Source: Guillardia theta CCMP2712 (lineage: Eukaryota; Protista; Cryptophyta). From it: a stretch of DNA of 64,000 bases. Positions 27,835-42,073 of this stretch are shown here, in pieces. Each line of letters opens with the position of its first letter. Within the stretch, counting starts at the first letter, position 1. The position numbers were made by a program, and so were the translations under genes. The notes under the pieces are model-generated. The model was not told where the DNA came from, did not search any database, and saw only the letters and a program-made list of their open reading frames with translations. The stretch spans positions 98,044 through 162,043 of the forward strand of contig NW_005434533.1 of assembly GCF_000315625.1 (NCBI RefSeq), written 5' to 3'.

Positions 27835-30800
27835 CCTGTGCGAGGACGCAGTTGGCTTCATCCATCTCAGCCAGTCGGATCTTGCTGGTCGTGAGCTCGT
27901 GTATGAGATCCTCGTACTGACAGCAGTCGTCAAGGAATGGTGGAGTACGTAGAGAGAGGGGGAAGGAAAGGAGGCCGACGAAGAGTATAGCAAGGAGGAG
28001 GAGGAGGAGGAGGATGAAGGGCTAGACACTCACTTCAGGCTCGAGCTCCTTGAGCCTCTCAGATCGCTGTTGCAGGTCCTGCAAGTGAGTTAGAGAGGCC
28101 TTACTCGCTTCCTCGAGCATACCGGCAGGTTCACTTCCTGCCAGTGCCTGAAGTTGTCCAGCTCCTCCTCCACTTTCACCCTCCGTATGTTGGACTCTAG
28201 CAGCTGCTCTTCCAGTGTCGCCTTCTCTTCCTCCCACCGGCTCGTCTTCTCCCGCAGCTCTGCCTCCTGCAGCCGAACCATCTTCTGCATGCCCTCGTAT
28301 ACTTCCTTCCTGCCCCTCAGCTCCTCGACCTCCTTCTCCAGCTTCTCCGCATGCTGCAACGCCCGCGAGAGCTCGGCCGTCTGCCTCAGCCCGACACGCG
28401 CGACCTCGAACAAGTTTTCCAGCTCGATCAGGTGGCGGCGAATGCCGGAGAGCACAGCTTGTCCCTTCACCTCCTCCTCCGACGGCATCCCCGCCATCAG
28501 GCCCCGTAGGCTCGAGTGCTTGAGGACCAGAGGAGAAGAAGCCCCCGCCTGTGATGCTCCCACGACTGCGAGCAGACGCTCCCTGTCCCGCAGCAGCTGC
28601 TCCACCTCCTCAGCATCCACCTCCTTCCCGCTTGAGAGCCTGACGACGCCTCCTCCTCCACCCCCTTCCAACCGACCCGCCGAGTCAGTCTGTGTGCCGG
28701 CCTCGCACATCTCTGATAGGATGTGGGCGAGGGAGGGAGCAGCGGAGCCAGTGAAGCTCGTGTTGCGGACCAAGGGGGCGGCCTCTGCATCCTCTGTGAG
28801 ATGCCTCGGAGACGAGCTGGAGCCCGCAAACTTCTCGAGCAGGAGGCGCTGCCGCAGCTTCGCCTCGTTGACCCTCAGGCGCGTCTGGCGGCCCCTCACC
28901 ATCTTCTGCAGGAGGGTCGCTGACCCCCTCTTCTCCCTCAGCCTCTGCACCTCCTCGTTCCTCCGCAAGCAGCTGCCCAGCTGCTGGACGGCAGACAGCT
29001 CCATCAGCCTCTTGATGTGCTTCTGCTGGGCTGCAGCTCGGCGAGCCCGAGCCTCTAGTTCCTCTGCCGCTCTCCTCCACGCTTTCATCGAGCTTGTCCT
29101 CCTCCTCCTCACGCTCCCCTGCAGCAGTGCCGCCGCGTCCGTCAGATGGTGGGAGAGCACCTCCTCCAGCCGCGCCAGGACCCCTCCCTTCATGAAGATC
29201 TTGTGCTTCCCCAGCTGGTACAGGGACGAGTCTGAGCAGAAGTCCAGCAGGATGCTCCTGCTCTGCTCCCGCGCCTCCTCCAGGGTCTTGACGTGGCTGC
29301 CGCGGACAAGCATGCGGTAGCGGGTGGCGAAGTCGAGGAAAGAGATCCTGGAAGGATACCCTGCCTGCGCGATCTTCACTGCAGCGTACACCCCCGAGCA
29401 TCGCAACTGGTGGTCGACCATCCCAGCATGCAGCAGCAACGGCGCCTTGGCCGCGTTGGGTTTGATGCAGCGGACGAAGGTCGGGCGAGTCCTCGCAAGC
29501 GTCTTCATGAGCTGCTGCAGCTGCTCGCGGAACTTGGCAGACACGCTGATGTGCTGGGAAGCCTTGGAGCCGAGTTGTCTCCCCATTTGGCGGGACTTGG
29601 AGGAGGAGGAGGAGGAGGAGGAGGAGGAGGGGGAGAACATGTCCTTGATGATGGAGACTCGAGAGCTGGCGAGGAGCTCGGTGAGGTCAGAGTAGAGCTG
29701 GTCCTTGTTCTTGTCGAGGAAGCCGAGCACGAGATACTCGACGGAGCCGGCAGAATGCTTGACGAGGAAGGACGTGTGCTTCAGCTTCGGCTGCGTGAAG
29801 TCCTTGGACGACGCATGCTTCTTGCTGAGCACCTGCCGGGACGGTGAGGAGAATGTTATCCGAAGAGAGGGAGGAGAGAAGAGCAGGGATCTGATGGATG
29901 AAGGAGCGGAACAGACGACAGGAGCTAAAAGTGAAGAATGATGAGGGGGGAGGAAACGAGTCAATGAACAAGGAGGGAGGGAGGGGCAGGAAAGGGAGGG
30001 AGGGGCAGGAAAGGGAGGGAGGGGCAGGAAAGGGAGGGCAAGGAGTGAAAGGTCTACCTGCAAGAAGGACGAGTCTGTAGCTGTTGCAAACAAACACTGG
30101 TCGTCCAATATGGGCAGGATGCCCTCCGGCTTTCCCTCTAGCAGCTCCAGCACAGACAAGTTGTCCTCGTAGTCCACACGGACCCACTCCACCTCCTCTG
30201 CTGCGTACTCCTCCTGCTCGCTAGAAAGCATCTGGTCGTTGAAGTACCTCTGCAGCTTCTCGTTGGCATAATTGATACAGAGCTGCTCGAACCCATTCTC
30301 CTCCAGAATCTCGAAACCAAAGATGTCGAGGAGCCCGATGCATCCAACGGAGGAGGAGGAGGAGGAGCCGCTGACCTGAGCCGAAAGGACCTCGTTGATC
30401 CTCTCCAGCAGCCAGTCAAAGAGCCTCGTGTAGAGGGCGCGAGAAACAGCATCGCGCGATAGGATTGCCTCCATCCTGCTCTTCGGGACCTTAAAGGCCG
30501 TCAAAAACTACCGACATGGACCTCTCTCCCTTTCTCCCCTCCCCAGCCCCCCCCCCTCTCCTCTTCCTCCTCCTCCTCTGACTTCCTCCTCTCACCTGCA
30601 AGACTTCCAGTCCAGCCTTGATCTTCCTCTGGCACAACGCTGTCCGAGCATCCGCTGGTTCCAACCCGAGCACACGGCATGCCACGTCCTCTGCTCCATC
30701 GTTCATGGTCCCCGACCCGTCCTTGAGCGCTCCGAACTCGATGTCTCCGAGGTGCAAGATACCAGCAAGAATTCGCCAGATCCCCTCCTGGGCTGTAGGT

Positions 30801-31997
30801 GGAATCCCGACGGAGGACAGCGCGTTCTTGGTGGTGCGGAAGTCGGCGGAGTCATCAACGCCGGGGATGGAGAGGCACTTGCCCTGCCTTGAGAACTTGT
30901 GGGCTGATGCTGCCGACAGCTTGAGGACGGCAAGCATGTCCTCTCCTGCTCCCGCGCAGAGCTGATAGAAAATGTGATAGTTTCTCTCCCCCTCCGCCTG
31001 ATGCGTGACCCTCGATTTCTCAAGGAGGTAGTGCTCGATGTACGCCTCACTGATGCGGTGGCTCTTGGTCACGTGGATGCGGATGAACTTGCCAAACCTC
31101 GAGCTGTTGTCGTTCCTGATCGTCTTTGCGTTGCCAAACGCTTCTGTCAGAGGGTTTGTCTGCAGGAAAACTCTCTCCATGCTCTTCTCCCCTCCCTCGT
31201 CCTCGCTGCTCCTGTCTCCTCCCGTGCCATCGCCGCTTTCCATGTTCCAGAAGGCGAGGTAGCGCATGATGGACTTGGCAGCCTCAGTCTTCCCTGCTCC
31301 GCTCTCCCCGCTGATCACGATGGACTGGTCCATCTTATCTCGAAATAGAGACTGCAACGCGCTTTCCGCCGCTGCAAACACGTGCGGGTCCTTCTCGCTG
31401 ACATTGGAGCCCCGGTAGGAGGACATGGTCGAATCATCGTACAGCCCTGCGATGGGTTGGAACGGGTTGATGGAAATGAGCAGCGGGCCTGTGTAGGTGT
31501 AGATCAGGCCAGCTCGGAAGCGAACAACCAGATTGTGAAGGAGGCAGGGAGCACTGAGTTCAGAGAGGCGGCACATGTCGGCTACTCCATCGAACCGGGA
31601 GGGGTTGGCGAGGAAGACGTCCTCTAGCTGAACCTGCTTCGTCAGCGGCACCTTGCCGCTTGGGAACGTCTCTCCTACTTTGATCATGAAGGTCGGGTGT
31701 GAAGGGTTAACATGCTCGTCCAGAACGTCCTCGACCTGTCCAAGCTCCCACCTGCTCTCGTTTCAACTCCATCACTCCTAACGAATGCACGTACCTGGTG
31801 ATCAGCTTGATACATCCCTGCGAGAGCTCCTTCCTCCTCGAGCCCTCTTCCCCGCCCTCCAGCTTCGCATCGGCTGGATGCTGAGGCCTCCATGGGTAAA
31901 GCGGAGCACCAGCATTGCGCACGATCTCGACGTCGTCCTGTGTGCGGATCCAAACGACAGAGCGCTTGGTTGGGTGTAGGAGATTTGAGCCTGACAT
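27672..31997 (-). CDS. Myosin heavy chain (motor, degenerate IQ motifs, short coiled-coil tail), multi-exon
   Basis: IYTYTGPLLISINPF, GESGAGKT, EAFGNAKTIRNDNSSRFGK, LLDIFGFE, FEQLCINYANEKLQ and FVRCIKPN. IQ-like LQKMVRG; tail ends GGKKT*. Confidence 0.95.
27760..27832. repeat. (GAGCAG)n microsatellite in a myosin intron
   Basis: Directly visible. Confidence 0.95.
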
Positions 31998-32812
31998 GCT
32001 TGCGGGGAGAGAAAGGAGGAAAGATCTGCTAGCTGAAGGGGTCAAAATGAAAGCAGGACCGTATCGCGCATTATGTTCATATCCTTCAGTTCCTTATCTG
32101 TGGCAGGCATCAGTCAGTGAATCTTCAAGGAAAAATGTTGTCCATCAATGTTTTCCTTCCTCTGCGCACCTTATCTCCGCAATCCTATCACCCTGTCTAC
32201 CTACATCAACTCAAGTCCTGGCTCCCTCCCTCTCCTGGCTCTCTTCCACAGCGTCATACTTCCTCCCTCCCTTCCTCCATCTCTTCCGCCTTCCCTCATC
32301 GTTCTCCTTCACTTCCTCGTAAAATCTCTTGCTCGCGTCTACCCTTCCTGCTCCTCCCCATCCTCCCTCCCACTTCGTCATCGCCACCGGTTCGACCTAT
32401 GAGCATTTTCCCCTCTGAATGTGGGGGGATGAGGGTAAAAGAATGAGGGTGATGATTTTGTGAGAATGAGGGTGATGAAATTGAGATGGGATGAGGGGGG
32501 ATAAGGGAGTCAAGGAGGGTTGATTGTAGTGTCATGCTGTGCATATATCCTTCTTTTCTTTTGAGACCGGTACTTTAGACTGCAACTTTGCCACAGAATA
32601 CTGGGTGGGTATACCGCACCACCCCCTCTAATTGCACCCAATTCAAGATTCCCGACCTGGGTCATTGGGGTTACGTGTGCTTACAAGAATTGGATGACAA
32701 CAGGTGGGGGTGGTGTTTATACCCACCTTTTTCCTTCAGAATAAAGGCAAATACCTGGTAGGGTAGTATATCCCAGGAGGGGTGTATAGGGTACAAGGGG
32801 AAGCTTTCGGAC

Positions 32813-34907
32813 ATGGTTGCCGGGATTTTGGGAGGGGGGCGATGGCGGGAGGCAGCGGCTGCAGCGATGGTGATGATGATGACAGAGGATCCTTCCTATG
32901 GTTGATGAAGCATGCAGATTCTTGCCCTCGGGTATTCATTCGCCCGGGCTCATCCCAACCGGCTGGCGGGGTCGGCATGGGTGGCTGTTGTTTTATCTTG
33001 GGGATTATGGAAGAGAAAGGAGGTTCGTATAGCCTTCTCAAGTCTTTCTGATGTCCGGCGCCTTCGAGTTGCTGTAAATTTTGAACCCTCATCGCACTCT
33101 TTGTTTTCAGGATCTTGTGAAGGACCTTGAAGGGATTGAATTTGTTCCCTGGACGCAAGTAGAAGCGTTTGCAAGCGAGATGCTGGTGGTGAGAAGAAGA
33201 TTCGAATCAGACAGTCTTCGAGTCATACTAACACGGTGTTTGTATTGTAGTTGGATTGTACACATTCGACACTCGACTGCCTGACGCACCATAGGGTATG
33301 TCGCCGAATTATGTTCTTGGAATTGAAAGTATTCTTTGTGAAGTCGCAACTTTGCAGATGCCTTCTGCCGCTCCAGCAGCGATAGCGGGGGACACAACAT
33401 CAGCCATGGTGCTCAGTGCTGTGAAGCAAGGGCATAAGATCCTCTCCTGCCACAAGAAAGTCTCGGTCAACCATTTCGACATCGACGCTTTCATCAGCGT
33501 GTGGAGCGCCTGCAACCCGTCCCTCACCAAGGACTTCTTCGATGCGCTGCTTCAGGCAGCGGCCATCGGCGACTTCAGAGAGTTCGATCAGACTCAGCTC
33601 GGATCGGACCTGGGGCTCAAGATCTGCTGCTGGATCAACACGATGGAGAGGTGGGACCGGCACATCGCGTGCCGACGGCTAAAGACTGTGAACAGGCGAC
33701 TGTTCTCGCGTCCTTTTGAGGACGGGGACGAGGACAAATGGCCATACTTCATGCAGGAGGTGAGAGCTGATCTTGTTGTTCAAACATGCCTGGCGACTGA
33801 TGGGAGGCTAGGGCCGTTTCTTGCACTTCCTGAGGAACCCTGACGAGCACGAGGAGGAGTGGAAAGAAGAATATTCGAGGTGATTATATTCCAGGAGAGC
33901 GATGAGAGGGCGTTACTTGGTTCTTCTAGGGTCAAGAGCGATCTTGTTTCCATCGAAGAGCTCGGAAGAATCCGATGGTAACTCTTCGGCTCCCTGAAGC
34001 AGACCTGACCCGCCTGGCGTCCTTCAGTTATGACGACATCAGCCTTTGTGTCGTTCAGGTACCCGAGCCCATCCACTACTATGCTCTTTTCAGGTAAGAA
34101 ATACACAATCTGTCAGCTCGTCAGTGATTGTTGTATGGAGTGTCTCGAAGGGATACGATGTGGTCTTGTCCGGTTACAGCAGAAACCGACATGAGATTGA
34201 GCAGAAATACACTCAGGTGTACCTCCACTCTAAGCACGGAAAAACATTCTCTTGACTTTTCACTGGCAGTTTGTAAACCTGGCAAGTAGGAGGACGCTCC
34301 CAAGGCTGGAGTTGGCGACCCTTTGCAAGACTTTGAATGAGTTGGAGGAGTATGCAGCAAAAGGTTCATACCTTCTCGCTTGCCTTCCTAGGTCTGCTGA
34401 AAGTGCTATAGCGGCCGAGAGACGGACGATAGGAGCGATGAGGAGGCGTAGCGCGAAGAAGGAGTCTCAGATGACGTGGAAATGTGAGCGAGTGGTGGAC
34501 ACAGGCCCTCTTCTTCGCCTGGAAGACTCGGAGAGTCCGGAGGCGATGACTAGAGCTCAACGGTATGACTTGATGGTTGTGCTATGATGACATGCCGTCA
34601 GCTATGCCCACCCGTATGAGAGAGACATCCAGTCCTCCAAGATCAAGTTGAACTCGATGGAAAGGTGAGACTTGTTCTCTTTGCAACGATCCCCCCTGAG
34701 GATCTGACCGTTGACCCGTTGAACCGTCTATTCGCCGCCCGTCTCGTCGCCGTCCTCAGGCTGCTCGTCTCGTACATGACACATTCTTATAACGGCGTTA
34801 CTCCGAAGCTGCGATGGACCTGGAATGACATCCATCACTTCAACAAGAGCATCCGCTACGACAACTGGAAGGTTGATTTCGAAAGCCTCGTTACTGCCGC
34901 CCTATAG
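32813..34907 (+). CDS. DHH-superfamily-like (DUF6687-like) protein, multi-exon
   Basis: LTHH..GDTTSAMVL, VSVNHFDIDAFISVW, AAAIGDFREF, YSRNRHEIEQKYTQ and SRRTLPRLEL. Confidence 0.6.
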
Positions 34908-35745
34908 CCTCAGCCGGCGGGGCCGCCGGGCCTGCTGGCGGCACTGCACTGTGGCTGGCGCTCTCACCACCGTTGTGAAGTGATGAGCAGTCACGAGTCT
35001 CATCAGTGATAGTTCAGTAAAGATATTGTTAGTTTCAAGCCTGAGCGCGGCTGCGCCGCGGGGGGGGCGGGGTAACCGGAGCACTGCCAGCCTGAGGCTG
35101 AGCCGCCGGCGCTGTGCCATGCTTGTGCGGCCATCCGATCGGTGGCATCGCCGGGATCACGGGTCCGCGGCCCGGCCGCTGCGCGGCCGGGCCTCAGTTA
35201 GTAGTAGCTGCGGCCGCGGCCGCTGGGCCTGGCACGAGAGAACGGTGCCACCAGGAGGGCCCGGGCCGCCGAGTGACCCGTGAGGCCCGGCCGGGCGACT
35301 CCGGCTGACTCGGGCGATGAGGTTAGAGGGAATGAGGGCGATGATCGTTGAAGTCTCGTGGCCACGTCAGATGGGTAGTGGTAATTTTGTGAGGGGTGGT
35401 GGGAAGTTGTAAATTGGGGGGTGGGGGTGATCATTAGCATCTCACTGGGGTGGGTACACGACTCTCAACTCCTGCGAATGTGGAACGAACTGATTTTGTT
35501 TAGCCTCAAAATTTCCAAATTTATTTTTTTAATGAAATTAGAAAATAAATTTCATATATTAATTGAAATATTTCATAAAATCCAAACTGCTGGTATTTTC
35601 GTTCTCCCTCCTGTTCTGAGGTGAACGATCCTGATCGTTCAGGGTGGGTGGTACCCCTGCAAGGGGAGTGTGGGGCCTCTTGAGAGGGGGTGGGGTCAAC
35701 CAGGTAGCAGTAGCAAGTGACAGGGTCATCGGCCTATCTGGATCA

Positions 35746-38573
35746 ATGCTGGGTCGCGGCGGAGCAGCGGGATGGCCAGCGTTGGCGCTGGTTGCGATGG
35801 CAATGGTGGCGTGTGTGCAGGCAGAAGAAGTCCTCACTCTCACAGAGTCGAACTTCGATGAAGCTGTAAGCTCATCCTGATCCTGCTGAGTCTTGTGGAG
35901 AGTTTCCCTCCCCAAAGTCGATACTCTTTGTTTTCACTTCCTCCTTGAACGGGAGGAAATGCATTGTTGATATGATTTTCTTCCCACCAGCATGTTCGTA
36001 CTTCCACTAGACAGCCCTCCTCCATGGATGCTTTCCATTTCTAGGATGCCTGACACTCATTTAAGGTCAAGAAACATAGCTTCATGGTTGTTGAATTCTA
36101 CGCTCCATGGTGAGTTTCATCGGGCTGCTCAAGGTAGCATGGTTTGACTTGTCCTTCTGCAGGTGCGGACACTGCAAGTCGCTGGCCCCTGAATATGAGA
36201 AGGTAAGAGCATTCACTGCTCCTGCTGTCGGTGGCAGCTGTTCTTGTCGTGACGTTCCATCGCAAACACCTTGTGGGCACGCACCATTGCGCTGAGATGC
36301 ATGAGATTCCTGATCGCTCATGTCAACGTTGCATTACTGTTCCTTCACATGTTACCCTCTCAATCGAACAAGGAGCTCGCGCTCAGTGTGGACGCTGATG
36401 CTGCTTCTCTCAGGCTGCCGTCGCCCTCAAGGGAGACAAGTCTGCCGGGCAGGAGATCATTCTTGCCAAGGTCGACGCCACCGTTGAGAGGTGGACGAGC
36501 TAGCGCATGCTCAGGAGGCAGAGCCTGACAGCAGCATGCAGGAACTTGGCGGAGAAGTACGGCATCGGAGGCTTTCCTACCCTGAAGATCTTCGAGAACC
36601 ATGACGCCGCCGCTCCTTCAGAATACGCTGGGCCCAGAGATGCGACGGGCATTGTCAGTTTCTTGAAGAAGCGAGCAGGACCAGCATCGCTGGAGGTCAC
36701 AAGCGATGCACAGGCCAAGGAGCTCAAGGTAGCCTCTGCCCTTCCTCTCTCGCTTTGTGTTGATGGTTGGGAGCAGGAGAAGAACTCTGTTATCGTTGTC
36801 AACACCGGAAAGGCAGACAGCACGTGGACGTCGATCGCTAACTCCATGCGGGATGCAGTGCTCTGGGTTCACACGTCCAACAAGCAGGCTATGAGCGCGT
36901 TCGGCGTGAAGAGTGGGACGATCACGATGCTGAAGACCTTCGATGAGAAGACTGTGACTTACTCCGGGTCGCTCACCGATGCCAAGAAGATCAAGGACTT
37001 TGTGAACGAGCACAGGGTTGAGATCGGCCTGTTCGTGAAGAAGGGAGACCAGGGAGCCCTCAAGATTGTGTTCGAGGACGAGAACAAGCCCAACGTGTTC
37101 CTCTTCACCAACGATGACAAGGCCGGGCTTGACGCCCTCAAGGCTGTTGGCAAGAGCCACCGCAAGGACATGGTCTTTGCTTACTTCGTCGCTTCCGACT
37201 TCCCCGAGGCGTTCTCCCACTTCAGCATGGAGAAGTTCGTCGACTCCTCCTTGCCCAAGGTTCTGATCGAGGACAGAAAGGAAGGACTCCGCTATCTCAT
37301 GCAGGAGGCCGTATCTCAGACCAGCCTGCAGAAGTTTGTCCAGGGCTACAAGGCCAAGACTATCGAGCCCTACCTCAAGTCGGAGGAGGCGCCGGCCGAC
37401 AACTCCGGGCCCGTCAAGGTCATCGTGGGCAACACGTACGAGGCTGATGTGCTCAAGAGCCAAAAGTGGGTCTTCCTTGAGGCGTACGCGCCATGGTGCG
37501 GCCACTGCAAGCGCCTGGAGCCCATCTGGACTGAACTCGGCAAGGCGTTCAACAAGTGAGGATGGAGGATGAGGATGGAGGAAGGGGGGCGGGGGGGAGA
37601 AGGATGGTGTATGGATGTGGAGACAGGGAGGTTGGAAGCAGCGTCAAGGGCGCGAGGTGGGGAAGTAGATCACTGATGACAGTCTGGGAGCAGGGAGGAT
37701 GTGATCATTGCCAAGGTTGACGCAACTGCCAATGACCTTCCTAAGTCACTCAACATTAAGGTTTTTGCCCCTTCTCCTCCATTTCTTCTCGCTGAAGCTA
37801 CAGTAGGGCTTTCCTACCCTGATGCTCTTCAAGGGAGACGGGTCACTCCCTGAGATGTACAGCGGTAAGTTGCTTTGAGGAATAGGAAGGGGGGGGGGGG
37901 GTGCTGGTTAGATCGCATGCGCAGCGTTGGGGATGTGGCGAAGTCGGAGGGGTCGGAGGAGACGGAAGAGGCGGAGGGGAGGAAGAAGATTTAACCGGCT
38001 TCAACAGGAGGAAGAGAGTTCAATGATCTGGCAAGCTTCGTGACCTCCAAGACTGGAGCCAAGGCATGAGCCTCTTGCGCTCGCGTCGTTTGCTGACTTC
38101 CTTGTTGTAGATGAAGGAGGGATTCAAGCCTTCCGTCACAGAGCAGGGCAGCTCAGAGACCACAGAAAAGAAGATCCTCCGCTTCATGGCTACCCAGTTC
38201 CAGGTATGTTCCCCTCCTCCCTCCTCCCCTCCCTCTCTCCCTCCGTCCGCTTTTCTGTACTCCCGGGCCCCTCCGTTCAGAACCGCTGGTCTGAATGACT
38301 TCTCCTTCCCCCTTGTCTGCTCTAGTGCTCAACCTAACCTCGCCTTCAGCTCCCTCTCATGGGCCCTGAGTACACCGTGAGCGGCCTCTGGCTTGCAGCC
38401 ATGGTGGTCTTCCTCCTCTTCATTGCCTCCGTGTCCCTCGTTATCGCCTGCATCTCCAAGGATCCAAGCCCCAAGGCCGCGGTAAACTCCCACTTCTCCC
38501 TCCCCCTCTCCCTGGCCATGTTGCTTTTCCTAACATCAGTGATAATCTGCAGGGTAACAAGAAGACCGACTAA
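35746..38573 (+). CDS. Protein disulfide-isomerase (a-b-b'-a') with C-terminal TM helix and KKXX signal, multi-exon
   Basis: Signal peptide, EVLTLTESNFDE and two WCGHCK sites. TM segment VSGLWLAAMVVFLLFIASVSLVIACI; ends GNKKTD*. Confidence 0.9.
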
Positions 38574-38716
38574 GACGAGCACGAGAAAATATTTTATTGA
38601 GTAGAATTGAGTTGCGTTAGAACTTTAAACATGCTGGAGGGATCACAGTGAACTTGTGAGAGTGTGCCGGAGGCTCCTAGACACGATCCCTGCCCTTCCT
38701 CCTTCTTTCTCTGCAT

Positions 38717-40486
38717 TCACGCGAAGTGAGTCTTATCGTCCCAGTTGTCCGTCTCCAGCAGGGGCTTGCGGTAAGGTCCCATGAAGTCATGGTCAATAGT
38801 AGACTCGCCCAGCTCTCCCTGCTCACTGACGTCAGTGCGAGGAGGGGAGGAGGTGGGAGAAGCAGACTGGGAGGCTTCAGGGGCAGGAGGGCAACGAGGA
38901 AAAGGAGGGAGTAATCATCAGCAAACGCAGCACCTTGAGGTGGATCCCAGTGATTTGCTGCGAGACAAGCGACCCGACTGCAGGAGCAAGCTTGAAGCCG
39001 TGCCCTGGACGACTGACGTCAGCAGTGGAGAAAAGAGAGGGAGGGAGAACAGGAGTAAAGGAGCAATTTTGCTATGGCAAGAGGTTGAGAGTGAAGGCAA
39101 GGACAAAGACCTGAGAATCCGTTGCATGCCCACAAGCCCTTCACTTTGGTCTGACCGATCATGGGATGGACGTCATCCTACATAATCGTCAGTACGAGCG
39201 CAAGGACATATTGAGCGCGATTCACCTGGTTCACGGTGTACATGCTCGAGAACCCGACGATGCTTCCGGAGGTAGGGAGGCCGGGAAGGCGGTGGAAGAC
39301 GGCGTTCAAGTACTCCTGTAGAGCAAGTTAGGAACCAGCCAGCCTCTCCACCACTTGAAATCACCTGCTTGAAGTCCGGATCGAGGTTCTGGTTGTAGTC
39401 GTCGGGATCAACAATCTCTGACTCGAATCTGAGGTGATCTGGTAAGAAATATTCTTGCCAGCACTGAGCAAGTGCGATCTCTTACCTGTGATCGACGGAG
39501 CCGAACACGAGCTGGTTGTTTGCTCTACGTGGCATGAAGTAGATCCCAGACGCTCCCCAGGTGTCCGCAGTGAAGGGAAGATCGCAGTACTCGTCAGGGA
39601 TCCACTTGTGACCCACCTGGATGCGGGTGGGAAGGGCGCTGGTCGAGAGCTTGATGTCGACGGTGTCATTCAACTTGTTGAACCAGGGTCCAGCCGCGTT
39701 CACAACCACAGGCGTATCGATCACCGCGCCTCCCACAAGCTGCACTCCTGTGAGCTCGGCTCCGTCTCCCTTCTGTCCGTTCTTGGTCAACAGAGTGTCG
39801 ACCTTCTGCTTGAACCTGACATCCGCTCCAACCCTTTTCGCCGCAGCGAGAACATCCAGCAGGCAGGTGGAGGAGTCCAGGTGGCCACATCCATGCTCAT
39901 ACAGCACGGAGAACGGCCCAAGGTTCTGATCGACCTCGTTTCCTTCCTCGTCGAACTTCGGGAATGGCTCCGGGTTCATGAGGGGGAACTTCTTGCGGAA
40001 TTCGGCTTCATCGAGAACGTCAGAGTCGACTCCAATCTTCTTCAGCCTCCCCTGCATCATCTGATTGAAATCCTTTGGCTTCCCAAGCATCCACAACGCG
40101 CCAGTTTCAGTGAAGTACGCCTGGGCCTCAGGGTCTCTCAAGTACTCCTTCCAGTTCTTGTAAGCAGTGGTTCCAGACAGGGCCAGCTGCATGGTCGGAT
40201 CGAAGCTGTAGAAGGCACGCTGGAATCCGGTGGAATAACCTGAGGAGCCGAACCCGACAGCTGCCGCTTGCTCGAGCACAATAACCTTGAGGTTCTCAGC
40301 CCTGCGCTTGAGCTGGTAGGCGATGTTGAGACCCATGATACCTCCTCCAACAATCACAACATCGGCTGTCTCCTTGGAACTCATCCACCTTGCTCTTCCC
40401 GCCTCCTTCAACAGCCTCCCTCTCTTTCCTCCTCCTCTTGCCATCGCCCGCATGCCATGCGCCGCAGCACTAAGCCACCCCTGCAT
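38717..40486 (-). CDS. FAD-dependent oxidoreductase (DAO / sarcosine-oxidase-like), probable mitochondrial leader, multi-exon
   Basis: DVVIVGGGIMG Rossmann motif, VVNAAGPW and GFSGHGFKLAPAVG. The N-terminus is Arg-rich and acid-poor. Confidence 0.9.
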
Positions 40487-42073
40487 TGTTGACCGTGACC
40501 ACACCCCGACACCCACCCCCTATTTATAGACTCCAAATACACCCCACCCATCAAATGACCAATGCCACATGTCATCAAGGTGGGGTACCTACCACTACCC
40601 CTGCTCGGCGAGAATGGGGATACCACCCCTCCTTTGATAGAGCGCCCCTTTTCTTCTGCTCTTGCTTCACCACCATATTGACTACCCCTACCCTACCCAT
40701 TTCTCAAAATACCCCTCAAAAGACAGCCTCAACGAGGGGTAACTGATACACCCTACCCCATTTTTCAGCAAACCATCAGTTCCTTGTCTTTTGTAACCCA
40801 TGATCTACCCCTACCCATTGTTTCCAACAAAGAGCAGGTACCCCACCTTTGAATCTCATACCCCTCTTCTTCGTTCAGGACCCATAAAATTTCATACCAA
40901 AGTACCCACTCATGAAGAATATTAGACTACCCTCACCCCCTTGCAAAGAAAATTCGCCTTTTTATACCCACCCTTTCGGATCATTTCGATTACCCACCCC
41001 GCAACCCTGCAAAGTCCCTGCACGCCACCACCCCCCAGTATATTCAACTTTGTTTGTAACCCACCTTGGTCAGACAACAAACGGATTCAGTAAAAGGGAC
41101 GGGTCACTCTCCTGTAAGTCTAGTACCCACCCACCCTCACAAATTCTGCTGTCCTTGCATGGCACGTGTTCCATTCGTAGTCAGTAGATCGTGAAGATAT
41201 TTTGTCCTTGTACTTTCATATGATGTCTATCTGAGGCGGATTGGAAAAACTTACCCGTGTAAAGTGCACTGGTCAAATGCTATTGGTCAAAATGGTTCAA
41301 ATCATGGTCAAATTATGATCCGATGGTTTCTTCAGTTCAGTGCCATCTCGGACCAGTCAGGGCCCGGGAAAGCGAAATCCGATCGGACTCCGGGTCACGG
41401 CCAGGCCCCCGCCGGCGGGCCAACTAAAAAGCCCGCCTCAATGTCGTGAGGGGGCAGAAGATTCAACATAGAAAAACATGCGAGCGGGAAGAGGACAGCA
41501 GTTCTAAATGCGCACGAAGAGACGAGGAATGCACTTTGTACAGAAATGAACAAGGATGACAGGAGGAAGATGGAGAGATGGAGCAGAGGAAAAGGGAAGG
41601 CAAATGATGAGATGCTTTGGAGGGAGAGGAGTTGGCGATAAGCGGAAGACGGGTTGGGATCAGGAAGAATGAAGAGGAGATAGGTTGTTGTCAAGTTTAG
41701 ATGGAACGAAAGGTAGGGCAAGCATTAGGAGGAAGATAGCAAAGGGACAGGTAAAGGAAGATGAATAGACAGTCGCACAATCATATCAGTGACGGATCGA
41801 GGCATCAAAGGGATGACAAGGCGACTAAAGGAGGAAGGGGTATAAGATTCGATAGAGTCTTTCGTGGAGGACAAGTCTTTCCCACACTCTCACTCCCTTT
41901 TTTCTGTTTTCGCTCATTGCTGATATACTCATTTTTACTCAAGGCCTACTTCGAATACATTCATTCGGCGTGTTCCTCGAGATTCACCATCAAATAGAGC
42001 GTAGCAGCAGCTGCTGATCCAAAGGACAGCTTACCCTGTATTGCGGCGAAATCCGGATCTCTCTTTGTTGATC

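Noticed and set aside
29834-30056. Apparent Pro/Ser/Leu insertion in the myosin motor
   Set aside because: It is an in-frame, stop-free GT-AG intron (SSFLQ | VLSKKH).
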